Positions 29,950 through 38,810 of a stretch of DNA of 63,562 nucleotides are shown piece after piece. The notes beneath the pieces were generated by a model. That model ran no database searches, was not told where the DNA came from, and saw nothing but the letters and a program-made list of their open reading frames with translations. Source of the DNA: Candidatus Woesearchaeota archaeon (lineage in GTDB: Archaea; Nanobdellota; Nanobdellia; Woesearchaeales; BS150m-G63); contig JAHWIG010000003.1 in assembly GCA_019322735.1 (NCBI GenBank), positions 1-63,562 of the forward strand, given 5' to 3'. The number at the start of each line of letters is the position of its first letter. Within the stretch, counting starts at the first letter, position 1. The position numbers and the translations under genes were made by a program.

Positions 29950-32679
29950 TTATTTTTCTGCAAGATTATTCAATACTTCGCCAAGTTTATCAAAATTATT
30001 TCCAATTCCAGTCCAATCTTGTTGATTCATAGAATCAAGAATTAAATTATAATAACTATTTGCTTCTTCAATCAATTCTCCTTCATTCTTTCCTTCAAAT
30101 CCACCGCTAATAAATTGACCTTCTCCAATATTCTTTCTGCCTTTAAATAATGCATTTAAAGCTGAACCAATACTCTTTTCCATTACAACACGTTCACCAT
30201 CAGACATCAGTACCCTTTTTAATTCAGGAAGCTGACCGGTTTCTGCTTGGATATATAATGGCTCAACATAGAGGATACTATTTTCTATGGGTATCACAAG
30301 AAGATTCCCCCTTGTAATTCTTGAACCTTGTTGAGACCATAATGTTAATTGTTGTGAAATTTCAGAATCTTGATCAAATTTAGCTTCTATCTGTGATGGT
30401 CCATAAATTAATTTGTCTTTTGGGAATTTATATAGCATTAATTTTCCATAATTCTCCTCATCAGATCTAGCAACCATCCACGCAATCATATTATCCTTTT
30501 TTATGGGTGTAAAAGGAGTCATCAGTATAAATTCTTCCTGTTCTTCTCCTGGAAGCTTCATTATCATATAATAAGGTTCCATCTTTATCTGCTGACCCAC
30601 ACCATAAATCTCTTTTGGAATCTGCCACGCATCCTCTTTATTATAATACACAGAGATATCATCCATATGATATGTGCTGTATATCTTAGATTGAATTTCA
30701 AAAAGATCAGTAGGATATCTAATATGTTTCTTAAGACCTTCAGGCATATCTTCCAGCACTTTGAATTGTTTTGGAAAAATTCTTGTGTATGTCATCATTA
30801 AAGGATCAGAAATATCTGTAACATAATAATCAATTTTTCCATTATATGCATCAACAACAACCTTTATTGAATTTCTGATATAATTTATAGGGCCATATCT
30901 TTCTGAATATGGAAAATTCCCAGATGTAGTATAAGCATCCTGAATCCAAAACAAGTTTCCATCATTAATCACTAAATAAGGGTCCCTATCCAATTTTAAG
31001 AAAGGCGTAATCATTGATATTCGTTCTTGTATGTTTCTATAGTACATTATTTTACTATCATAAACAATATCTGAAGATAGCATAATTTTAATGTCTCCAA
31101 ATCTAATTGCTATTAATAGTTTCTTAATAAATGAATCAATCCTAACCCCACCACTCCCGTCATAATCAATGTATTTGTTTTTATTTCCCTTTGGATAATC
31201 GAATTCATTTGCTTTTGTATTTACTAATACAAAGTCATTATCTTTTTCTCCATAATATATTTGTGGTTTAGATATCTTTAAATCAATATCATCTATAGTA
31301 TAAGTTGGAGGAATATCTTTTATGAAGAAATTAGGTAAACCTTCTGATGTTACTGAATTTACTGGACTCATTACCACCCCAAAACCATGAGTATAAACCA
31401 AATGTAAATTAACCCATGTTTTTGCATTTTGTGCAATTTGATTCTGATTTAATTCTCTTGGTGCAATCATAACTTGTGTATATTTTCCATCTATCTCATA
31501 TCTGTCGATATCAATTCCTGAAAGATCATAATACAATCTTATCTCTTGAGTTTGCTTATATGTTTGAGTTAAAGGTCTCCAATCTAATATTCGTATATTA
31601 TCAATAGTTCCAGTCGCTCGATTAATCGCCTGAGGATCGAAATGCTCATCAACAGAAAAATCTTTTTCTTCTACCTCAGATAAACCATAGGCTATTCTGG
31701 TAAATTTTATATTATTTTCAAGATAGGGTGTTTCTAGGTTAACCTCATTTGGTTCAACTACTAATGATTGAACTATCCCCGGGATAACAATTGGCCCCAT
31801 AAACATAAATAAGATATAAATAATTAAGAAGTACATAAATATGTGTCTTTTTTTTAGTTTTGGGTTCTTTGAAAAATAAAATATTCTGATAATAAGCAAG
31901 ATTGAAACCATAATTGCAAGAACCATTAAAAATTTAACAAGTGGCAAATATGCAATAACATCTGAATATCCTGCACCAACAACAACACCCACCTTTGAAT
32001 ACATTATTGAAAAGCGTGAAAGATAATGTCTAATTGCAAGAAATATAAAAAACAATGAGCCAAGAATCCCTAAATGAATATTTGCATTTCTTTTAAACTT
32101 TGGAAATGTTTTTTTAATATTGAATTGGTTTTCTGGAATTTGTCCAGTATGAATATCTGGCTCACTAAATCCCATCTTAATTGAGGGTAAATAATAACTT
32201 AACATTAAAATTCCTGTAAAGATTACACAGCCAATAAAGAATCCCCATAAACTCAGAAAGAAAGGCAAAGAAAACATATAAAAAGAAACATCTTTTAGGA
32301 ATATAGGATCCTTAAGATTGAAAGGAACTTGATTGATATATTGTAAGATTACCATCCATTTTGAAGAAGCAATAAGCCCCATTATAAAGGAAAAGATCAA
32401 AAGGAAGAGGCGTATAAATTTAGAAGAGATAAATCCTTTTTCTTTTTTACTAAATCTTGAAGCAATCCAAAGATTGGCCCCTGCAAATAATAAAAAGAGG
32501 GATACACCAATAAAAAATAATAAAATTCTTGATTTTAATATCGTTAAGAATATCTGAGAAAAACCTAATGCATCAAACCAGAAATAATCTGTTAAAATTT
32601 TAGATAAACCAGATACTGAAAAAAGAAATATAATTCCTATAAAAAGAATAATTGATTGTATCAAATTGTTTTTAGCCAC
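29950..32679 (-). CDS. UPF0182 family large membrane protein
   Basis: About 7 N-terminal TM helices and a ~650-aa extracytoplasmic domain with YYRNIQERI, DAYTTS, RGNLLVIPIENSILYVEPLY and PQIYYGE. Confidence 0.75.
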   Translation of the reverse strand: MAKNNLIQSIILFIGIIFLFSVSGLSKILTDYFWFDALGFSQIFLTILKSRILLFFIGVSLFLLFAGANLWIASRFSKKEKGFISSKFIRLFLLIFSFIMGLIASSKWMVILQYINQVPFNLKDPIFLKDVSFYMFSLPFFLSLWGFFIGCVIFTGILMLSYYLPSIKMGFSEPDIHTGQIPENQFNIKKTFPKFKRNANIHLGILGSLFFIFLAIRHYLSRFSIMYSKVGVVVGAGYSDVIAYLPLVKFLMVLAIMVSILLIIRIFYFSKNPKLKKRHIFMYFLIIYILFMFMGPIVIPGIVQSLVVEPNEVNLETPYLENNIKFTRIAYGLSEVEEKDFSVDEHFDPQAINRATGTIDNIRILDWRPLTQTYKQTQEIRLYYDLSGIDIDRYEIDGKYTQVMIAPRELNQNQIAQNAKTWVNLHLVYTHGFGVVMSPVNSVTSEGLPNFFIKDIPPTYTIDDIDLKISKPQIYYGEKDNDFVLVNTKANEFDYPKGNKNKYIDYDGSGGVRIDSFIKKLLIAIRFGDIKIMLSSDIVYDSKIMYYRNIQERISMITPFLKLDRDPYLVINDGNLFWIQDAYTTSGNFPYSERYGPINYIRNSIKVVVDAYNGKIDYYVTDISDPLMMTYTRIFPKQFKVLEDMPEGLKKHIRYPTDLFEIQSKIYSTYHMDDISVYYNKEDAWQIPKEIYGVGQQIKMEPYYMIMKLPGEEQEEFILMTPFTPIKKDNMIAWMVARSDEENYGKLMLYKFPKDKLIYGPSQIEAKFDQDSEISQQLTLWSQQGSRITRGNLLVIPIENSILYVEPLYIQAETGQLPELKRVLMSDGERVVMEKSIGSALNALFKGRKNIGEGQFISGGFEGKNEGELIEEANSYYNLILDSMNQQDWTGIGNNFDKLGEVLNNLAEK

Positions 32680-32760
32680 TTTATGAATTCCCTCACATAT
32701 GTAGTTATTTCTACTTCTTTTTAAACTTTGCTTAAATGTATATTAATCTAGCTTAATTGT

Positions 32761-34011
32761 TTATATTATTGTAATCCTCTTGCCTATCCTGCCAAGCACA
32801 CTCTTTTCTAAATCTTTCTTTAACGCTTTCATATCAATACCTTCCACTTCTTTTGTCATACCATCGATCTTATCTTTAGTTAATTTAAGTTTATCATCAT
32901 AATTATATAATTCCTCTTTTATTCTCTCAACTTCTTTAATGGTTGTAGATACTTCAATTACAGATTTTAATTCACTTAACTCATCTTTTACCTCATTATA
33001 TCTTCTTAAGAATCCCCTAAAATAATCAGTGTTTAATCTATCTAACTCATTTAATATCTTCTCCATCTTTTTATCTTTCAGTTCAATCTTCCCATCTATA
33101 ATTGAGGTCTTCATCTTCTCCAACAATTTAACTACATTTAATTCTGAGTCCTTCAATAATGTTTTCAGAGAATTAGTTAAATATTTCCCAGCCAACTCTT
33201 TCTCCAAAGTAATCCGTTCATATTTCTTTAAGGCTGGTTCAATTACAGAAAAAGAGTGCCATAATTCTTTTTCTAATTCCTCCAGATTTTGTTTCAATGT
33301 TTTTTTACTATCAATTAATCCAATAACTTTCTTATATTCTGCCTCAGTCTTAATTTTCTTTATTTCACTGATATTTTCAGCTATTTTTTCCTTTAACGTT
33401 CTTAATTCACTTGTTCTTGATTGAATATTATCTTTAATCTCAACTTTTCTTATTCTTTTTTGCTCTGTTCCTCTTATTTTATGTTTTAATTCACTGATTC
33501 TTTCCATCTTTGCATTTTTTAAAATAGATTTGGCATCCTTAACTAATTTACCCATATCTCTTACATTCTCTGCAACATTTCTAACTTCTTCTCCAAAGAA
33601 TTCCTGAAGAACCTGGTGCCCTTTTAATGTGCTCTTACCAAAAAACTCCAAATCCATATCAAAAGAATCACAATACTCAATAATTTTATCAAAATTCCCT
33701 GGTAAATTAACTTTCTCAATCAACATATTCACTTTTTGTATATAGGTTGATCTGTTCCCATCAATAATCTGTTTGACTCGTTCAGGAACATTCTTATTCC
33801 TAAGTTCAGCTTTATCCAACGCCCCAATATTTTCTTTTGATTTTTTCTTTTCCTTATTTATTTTCTCCTTTATACTTTCTAATTTAGATGTTACATTATC
33901 AACCATATCTTTAGAATAAGAATCAATCCAACCATCCAATTCATCTAGCTTTATCTCTTTTATTTCTTCTTTCTCTTTGGAAAACTTTTTTAAAAAATCA
34001 AATACCCCCAT
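32761..34011 (-). CDS. Coiled-coil protein, unknown function
   Basis: 416 aa with K/E/L heptad composition. Confidence 0.5.
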   Translation of the reverse strand: MGVFDFLKKFSKEKEEIKEIKLDELDGWIDSYSKDMVDNVTSKLESIKEKINKEKKKSKENIGALDKAELRNKNVPERVKQIIDGNRSTYIQKVNMLIEKVNLPGNFDKIIEYCDSFDMDLEFFGKSTLKGHQVLQEFFGEEVRNVAENVRDMGKLVKDAKSILKNAKMERISELKHKIRGTEQKRIRKVEIKDNIQSRTSELRTLKEKIAENISEIKKIKTEAEYKKVIGLIDSKKTLKQNLEELEKELWHSFSVIEPALKKYERITLEKELAGKYLTNSLKTLLKDSELNVVKLLEKMKTSIIDGKIELKDKKMEKILNELDRLNTDYFRGFLRRYNEVKDELSELKSVIEVSTTIKEVERIKEELYNYDDKLKLTKDKIDGMTKEVEGIDMKALKKDLEKSVLGRIGKRITII

Positions 34012-34087
34012 ATATTACTGAATACCCCTTTAGTTTAAATATCTTTTTGAACAAAAAGATTATAAACCACTTTCCTATATTATTATC

Positions 34088-34399
34088 ATGGTTAGAAAAC
34101 ACAAACAAAAACCAGTAAAATTCCAGAAAATAGCCATTGAAAGAATTAAAATACTTTTTGAACAGGCAAAAGAAAACTTTTCTTTAGACCCAAAACTTTC
34201 AAACAGATATATAACATTAGCAAGAAAGATAGCAATGCGCTATAAGGTAAAGATTGAATCTAAATACAAAAGACAGTACTGTAAACACTGTTATACCTAT
34301 TTTATGCCCTCTAAAACATGCAGAGTAAGAACTAAAGATGGAAAACTTGTATATTCTTGTTTTAAATGTAAGCGGTTTAGTAAATTTGTGTACAAATAA
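34088..34399 (+). CDS. rnp4: RNase P protein component Rpp21 (Rpr2)
   Basis: An N-terminal helical region (LSNRYITLARKIAMRYKVKI) and the zinc ribbon CKHC...CFKC. Confidence 0.8.
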   Translation: MVRKHKQKPVKFQKIAIERIKILFEQAKENFSLDPKLSNRYITLARKIAMRYKVKIESKYKRQYCKHCYTYFMPSKTCRVRTKDGKLVYSCFKCKRFSKFVYK

Positions 34400-34430
34400 C
34401 TTTATATACTTCTCTCACATAATTTTCTAA

Positions 34431-34883
34431 ATGGAATTTATTCAATTCTTGGCACCAATAATTGCATTCTTAGGATTTCCAATTGGTTTGTTTTTATCAT
34501 TCTTATCTCCAGAAGAGATGAAACCTGGAAAAAAATATTTTAAACTACTTCAAAATCTATTATTAGTGTTCATATTGTTCTTTGTCTTTGATTATTATGC
34601 AATCCCCTTATTAATCTCAATAGTATTAACAGTAGCAGTATTTTTAGGGGTATTTTATTGGCAGAATAAACATAAAAGCGTTATTATTTACTTGATTTTG
34701 GCAGTTTTGATATACCTCTCATCTAAGGATACATCATTATTTGCTATAGAATCCTCTTTGATTTTTATATATGGAATTCCTGCAGGATCATTACTTAAAT
34801 CTAAAAAGAAAGACGCCATAAAAATAATCGTAAAACATTCTATCTTTGTTGTCCTAGCTATTTTACTTCTTTTGTTCTTTTAG
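34431..34883 (+). CDS. Small integral membrane protein
   Basis: 4-5 hydrophobic helices and no named motif. Confidence 0.5.
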   Translation: MEFIQFLAPIIAFLGFPIGLFLSFLSPEEMKPGKKYFKLLQNLLLVFILFFVFDYYAIPLLISIVLTVAVFLGVFYWQNKHKSVIIYLILAVLIYLSSKDTSLFAIESSLIFIYGIPAGSLLKSKKKDAIKIIVKHSIFVVLAILLLLFF

Positions 34884-35314
34884 AGATAGAAAATAATGTT
34901 AGAAACAAGTATTCCGAGCATAGATCCAACAATAACTTCTTTAAATCTATGACCTGTAACTTCTTTTAGATGGGTCTTAGCAAGTTTATTGATCACTTTT
35001 GCATGCTCCCCAATCAAAAATCTTGATCCAAAAGAATCCCTCATTACAACTAATGCAAAGACAAAACTTACTGCGAACAAGCTAGTTAAACCTTGGTTAA
35101 GATAAACTGCAGCAACTAATGAACTAACAATTCCTGCATGAGAACTAGGCATATGTCCTGTTGCAAGTAAATATTTCCACTTGAATTTCTTTTTTTTAAA
35201 ACCTATGATTATCCCTTTTGAAGTCTGAGTAATTATCCATGCTAAAAAACAGCTGATAACAATCTTATTTTGGATTAATTCTAAAATCATAAAAATAATT
35301 AAAATACAATTCAT
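34880..35314 (-). CDS. Divergent PAP2 / DUF212 family membrane protein
   Basis: GHMPSSHAGIVSSL and the GHRFKEVIVG pattern. Confidence 0.65.
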   Translation of the reverse strand: MNCILIIFMILELIQNKIVISCFLAWIITQTSKGIIIGFKKKKFKWKYLLATGHMPSSHAGIVSSLVAAVYLNQGLTSLFAVSFVFALVVMRDSFGSRFLIGEHAKVINKLAKTHLKEVTGHRFKEVIVGSMLGILVSNIIFYL

Positions 35315-35328
35315 TTATAAATGTTAGG

Positions 35329-35460
35329 GAAATCTTTTTAGTTGAAAAGTCGAAGACTTGAAATCTTTAAAGATTCAAAATCTTTTTAGTCGTTGAGCGA
35401 AGTGAGACTACTATAAAGATTCAAAATCTTTTTAGTCGTTGAGCGAAGTGAGACTACTAT
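35329..35460. repeat. Tandem repeat: two perfect 46-bp units (35369-35414, 35415-35460) preceded by a degenerate copy
   Basis: The unit is AAAGATTCAAAATCTTTTTAGTCGTTGAGCGAAGTGAGACTACTAT. Each unit contains the hairpin AAAGATT-CAA-AATCTTT followed by T residues and ends in TATA-like CTATAAA. Confidence 0.9.
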
Positions 35461-35523
35461 AAATTTTTCTATAAAATGGTGTTTTATGGAAAACTTTTTA
35501 TGTCTCCCCAATAACTTAAGATT

Positions 35524-37011
35524 ATGATATACACTATTATCGATTGTTATACAGATGAACCTTCTGGATTGGGGGTTCCACCCTATTTGGGAACCTTTCC
35601 CAGATATATCTATGGCGCACTTAAAGAACAAGGACATACACCATATTATCTGACAATAGATGATATACGTTTGTGGAAAAGATTTGATTCTAAAGCTCCA
35701 GATAAAAGCAAAGAGAAAAAGACAAACACCAGAATATACAATCTAACAAAAAATTATAAAGATGTTGAACAGATATTAAAGAAAACAAATACATTAATCA
35801 TTGTTTCAGGAGTAAATGTGCCTGGAAAATATTTGAGTGCAGTACCAGGAACTTTGCCAGAGATAACTAATTATATTAAAGATTTAAGATGTAATAAGAT
35901 TCTTACAGGAACAGCAGCATTATTTGGCTCAAGATTAGAGGGTGGAAAAAAACCAGAATCTTTTGATAGGTCTGTTTATAATCTTATAGATTTTGATTAT
36001 CTTGATATAAACAACTATAAAAAAATAAAAGCAAAAAAAGGAGCTGAAATATTGAAACAGATTCCTTGGACATCAATTGTTGAGATTGAGATGGGTAGGG
36101 GCTGTGATATTGGTAAATGCAGTTTCTGCACAGAGCCAATCAAGAGCAGAGTGCAGTTCAGAGAGACCGATGATATTATTGCAGAATTAAAAGAAATGGA
36201 TAAACACGGAGCAGAACATTTTAGATTTGGAAAACAGACATGCTTTTTCTCTTACAAAAATGGAGATGTAAAGGAGATAGAGAAACTGCTTAAAGCAGCT
36301 GCAAAATTAAAGCCGAAAACCCTTCATATTGATAATGTCAATCCAAATAAAGTTCTTTGGCCAAATGGAAAAAAGATAGCTAAATTGGTTGTCAAATACT
36401 GCACACCAGGAAATGTAGCTGCATTTGGTGTTGAATCTTTTGATAAAGAAGTAGTTAAGAAAAACTGTCTGAATACTACCCCCCTTGTAGCATATAAGGC
36501 AATTAAGGTGTTAAATGAGATTGGAGCAGAACGAGGAAGCAATGGACTTCCAAAATTACTTCCTGGAATAAATATAATTTTTGGCCTTATTGGAGAATCA
36601 AAACAAACACAAAAAGAAAATATGAAAAATCTGCAACAGTTTTTAGATGAAGACTTATTATTAAGGAGAATAAATATAAGGCAAGTAACTCCTTTTGAAG
36701 GTACAACATTATATGAGGTTGCAGGAACAAAATTCATAAAAAAGAACAAAAGACATTATTGGAGTTGGAGAAGACAAATAAGACAAGAGATAGATTTTCC
36801 TATGCTTCAGAAATTAGTTCCAAAAGGTACAATATTGAAAGATATCAGAATGGAGATTTATGACGGAAAAAACACCTTCGGCAGACAATTCGGAACATAT
36901 CCTTTAGTTGTAGGCATAAAAGGAACAAGGTTAGAGTTAAATAAATTCTATGATGTTAAAGTTGTTGACCATATGCTGAGAAGCATTGTTGCTGAGCCTA
37001 TAAAACCATAA
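35524..37011 (+). CDS. Radical SAM domain protein
   Basis: GRGCDIGKCSFCTEP cluster-binding motif (C-x5-C-x2-C variant) and a ~495-aa length with a C-terminal beta-rich domain. Confidence 0.6.
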   Translation: MIYTIIDCYTDEPSGLGVPPYLGTFPRYIYGALKEQGHTPYYLTIDDIRLWKRFDSKAPDKSKEKKTNTRIYNLTKNYKDVEQILKKTNTLIIVSGVNVPGKYLSAVPGTLPEITNYIKDLRCNKILTGTAALFGSRLEGGKKPESFDRSVYNLIDFDYLDINNYKKIKAKKGAEILKQIPWTSIVEIEMGRGCDIGKCSFCTEPIKSRVQFRETDDIIAELKEMDKHGAEHFRFGKQTCFFSYKNGDVKEIEKLLKAAAKLKPKTLHIDNVNPNKVLWPNGKKIAKLVVKYCTPGNVAAFGVESFDKEVVKKNCLNTTPLVAYKAIKVLNEIGAERGSNGLPKLLPGINIIFGLIGESKQTQKENMKNLQQFLDEDLLLRRINIRQVTPFEGTTLYEVAGTKFIKKNKRHYWSWRRQIRQEIDFPMLQKLVPKGTILKDIRMEIYDGKNTFGRQFGTYPLVVGIKGTRLELNKFYDVKVVDHMLRSIVAEPIKP

Positions 37012-37047
37012 CTTTTTTAAACACAATATTAGTTCTTTCTCTTTGAT

Positions 37048-37119
37048 GCCCCGGTAGCTTAGCGGTAGAGCGTTCGGCTGTTAACCGAAAGATCGCCAGT
37101 TCGATCCTGGCCCGGGGCG
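37048..37119 (+). tRNA. tRNA-Asn (GTT)
   Basis: Hand-folded cloverleaf: acceptor GCCCCGG/CCGGGGC, anticodon stem TTCGG/CCGAA, loop CTGTTAA, T-loop TTCGATC. Followed by TTTTTT, with no encoded CCA. Confidence 0.9.
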
Positions 37120-37126
37120 CTTTTTT

Positions 37127-37203
37127 GGGCCCGTGGCTTAGTCTGGTAGAGTGCCCGACTGATAATCGGGTGGTCCCGAGTTCAAATCTCGGCGGGCCCA
37201 CCA
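37127..37203 (+). tRNA. tRNA-Ile (GAT), CCA encoded
   Basis: Acceptor GGGCCCG/CGGGCCC, anticodon stem CCCGA/TCGGG, loop CTGATAA, T-loop TTCAAAT, discriminator A then CCA. Confidence 0.9.
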
Positions 37204-37259
37204 TTTTCATTGGACATCTGCGCATAAACCTTATAAACAATCTTTCCTTGTTCACTACA

Positions 37260-38810
37260 ATGGTTAAACAAACACTAGCTGAATCTGCAATTGATCTCGC
37301 CTTAGAGACAATAAACATGAAAAAACAGGCATTAATATTTGCAAATACAAGAATGTCTGCAGAAAAGACTGCAGAAGATTTGGCAAAAAAACTCAAACAG
37401 CCAGATAATCAAGAATTATTAGAACTTGAAAATAAGATTCTTAATGCCCTTAGTTCTCCAACAAAACAGTGCAAAAGACTATCACAATGTGTTAAAAATG
37501 GTATTGCATTCCATCATTCTGGACTTTCTCCAGTTCAAAGAGACCTTATTGAAGAAGCTTTCAGAAGTGGATCAATCAAAGTTATCTGCTCAACACCAAC
37601 ACTAGCTTATGGATTAGATCTACCAGCATTCAGGGTTATTTTAAAAGATCTAAAGAGATTTACTTCAAGAGGACTGCAATACATTCCAGTTCTAGAATAT
37701 CTGCAGATGTCAGGTAGAGCTGGTAGACCAAAATATGATACTTATGGGGAATCAATAGCTATAGCCAATGCAAAAAAATCAAAAGAAGAGATAGAAGAAA
37801 CATATCTCAATGGGGAGCCAGAGACAATATATTCAAAATTAGCAGCAGAACCAGTATTAAGGACTTATATTTTATCATTAATTGCAACAGATTTTACACC
37901 TACAAAGAACAAATTATCTGATTTTTTCAGCAAGACTCTTTGGGCTCATCATTATGGAGATATGTGGGAGTTGGAGAGAATAATCAACAAAATGCTTGAT
38001 TTACTTGAAGAATGGGAATTCATAAAGATAGAAGGAGACAATGATTTTAGTGCAACAAATGAAGATACTGAATTAAAAGCAACAAAACTAGGAAAAAGAG
38101 TTGCAGAATTATATTTAGACCCATTGACAGCCAATTACTTCATAACCTGTTTACAGACAGCAACATCAACAAACACCGAGCCCTTTTCATATCTACAGAT
38201 GATTTCCCATACTTTAGAGTTAAGACCCTTGTTAAGGGTAAAGGTAAAGAATCAAGATATGATAGATGCTGCATTAGTGAGATATGATGATAACCTATTG
38301 GAAGATTACTCTACATATGAATTTATGTATGATGACTACAGTGAATTCCTCAATTCAGTGAAGACAGGATTATTCTTCAATGATTGGATAAATGAAAAAA
38401 ACGAAGAAGTATTATTAGAAAAATTTGATATACGTCCAGGAGAGATAACAATGAAAAAAAATAGGGCAGATTGGTTATTATACACTTGCTCAGAATTATC
38501 TAAACTTTTAGGATTTCATGCATTGTTAAAAGATCTTCAAAAACTACGATTAAGATTAAAATACGGGGCAAAAGAAGAACTATTACCATTGCTTAAATTC
38601 AAGAACATTGGATGCGTAAGAGCAAGAAAACTCTACAATAACAATATAAAGAATGTGGCTTCAGTAAAAAGATCAGACTTTATGAAAATAGCTCAGCTTC
38701 TTGGTTATAATATTGCCATAGACATAAAAAAACAAGTAGGCCAGGATTTCAGCAAATTAAAAGTAAAATCAACAAAAAGAAAAGGCCAATTAAGTTTAAA
38801 TAAATATTAG
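37260..38810 (+). CDS. hel308: Hel308/Ski2-like helicase lacking the RecA1 (Walker A/B) domain. Contains the RecA2, winged-helix, ratchet and HhH domains only.
   Basis: Starts at MVKQTLAESAIDLALETINMKKQALIFANTR (the beginning of RecA2). Has GIAFHHSGL, STPTLAYGLDLPA, QMSGRAGRP and a C-terminal HhH (FKNIGCVRARKLY). TATA-like TTATAAA at 37231-37237 lies ~23 nt before the ATG. The ORF-track N-terminus (37125-37259) is read-through of tRNA-Ile. Confidence 0.75.
   Translation: MVKQTLAESAIDLALETINMKKQALIFANTRMSAEKTAEDLAKKLKQPDNQELLELENKILNALSSPTKQCKRLSQCVKNGIAFHHSGLSPVQRDLIEEAFRSGSIKVICSTPTLAYGLDLPAFRVILKDLKRFTSRGLQYIPVLEYLQMSGRAGRPKYDTYGESIAIANAKKSKEEIEETYLNGEPETIYSKLAAEPVLRTYILSLIATDFTPTKNKLSDFFSKTLWAHHYGDMWELERIINKMLDLLEEWEFIKIEGDNDFSATNEDTELKATKLGKRVAELYLDPLTANYFITCLQTATSTNTEPFSYLQMISHTLELRPLLRVKVKNQDMIDAALVRYDDNLLEDYSTYEFMYDDYSEFLNSVKTGLFFNDWINEKNEEVLLEKFDIRPGEITMKKNRADWLLYTCSELSKLLGFHALLKDLQKLRLRLKYGAKEELLPLLKFKNIGCVRARKLYNNNIKNVASVKRSDFMKIAQLLGYNIAIDIKKQVGQDFSKLKVKSTKRKGQLSLNKY

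Noticed and set aside
35329-35460. Possible mini-CRISPR array
   Set aside because: The repeat units are directly abutting with no spacers, there are only 2-3 copies, and there are no cas genes in the window.
35386-35637. ORF 35386..35637(-), 83 aa
   Set aside because: It is made largely of the 46-bp tandem repeat read antisense, and it overlaps the start of the radical SAM gene.
36998-37396. ORF 36998..37396(-) and the first 45 codons of ORF 37125..38810(+)
   Set aside because: Both are read-through of the two tRNA genes. The helicase most plausibly starts at ATG 37260, behind its own TATA-like box.
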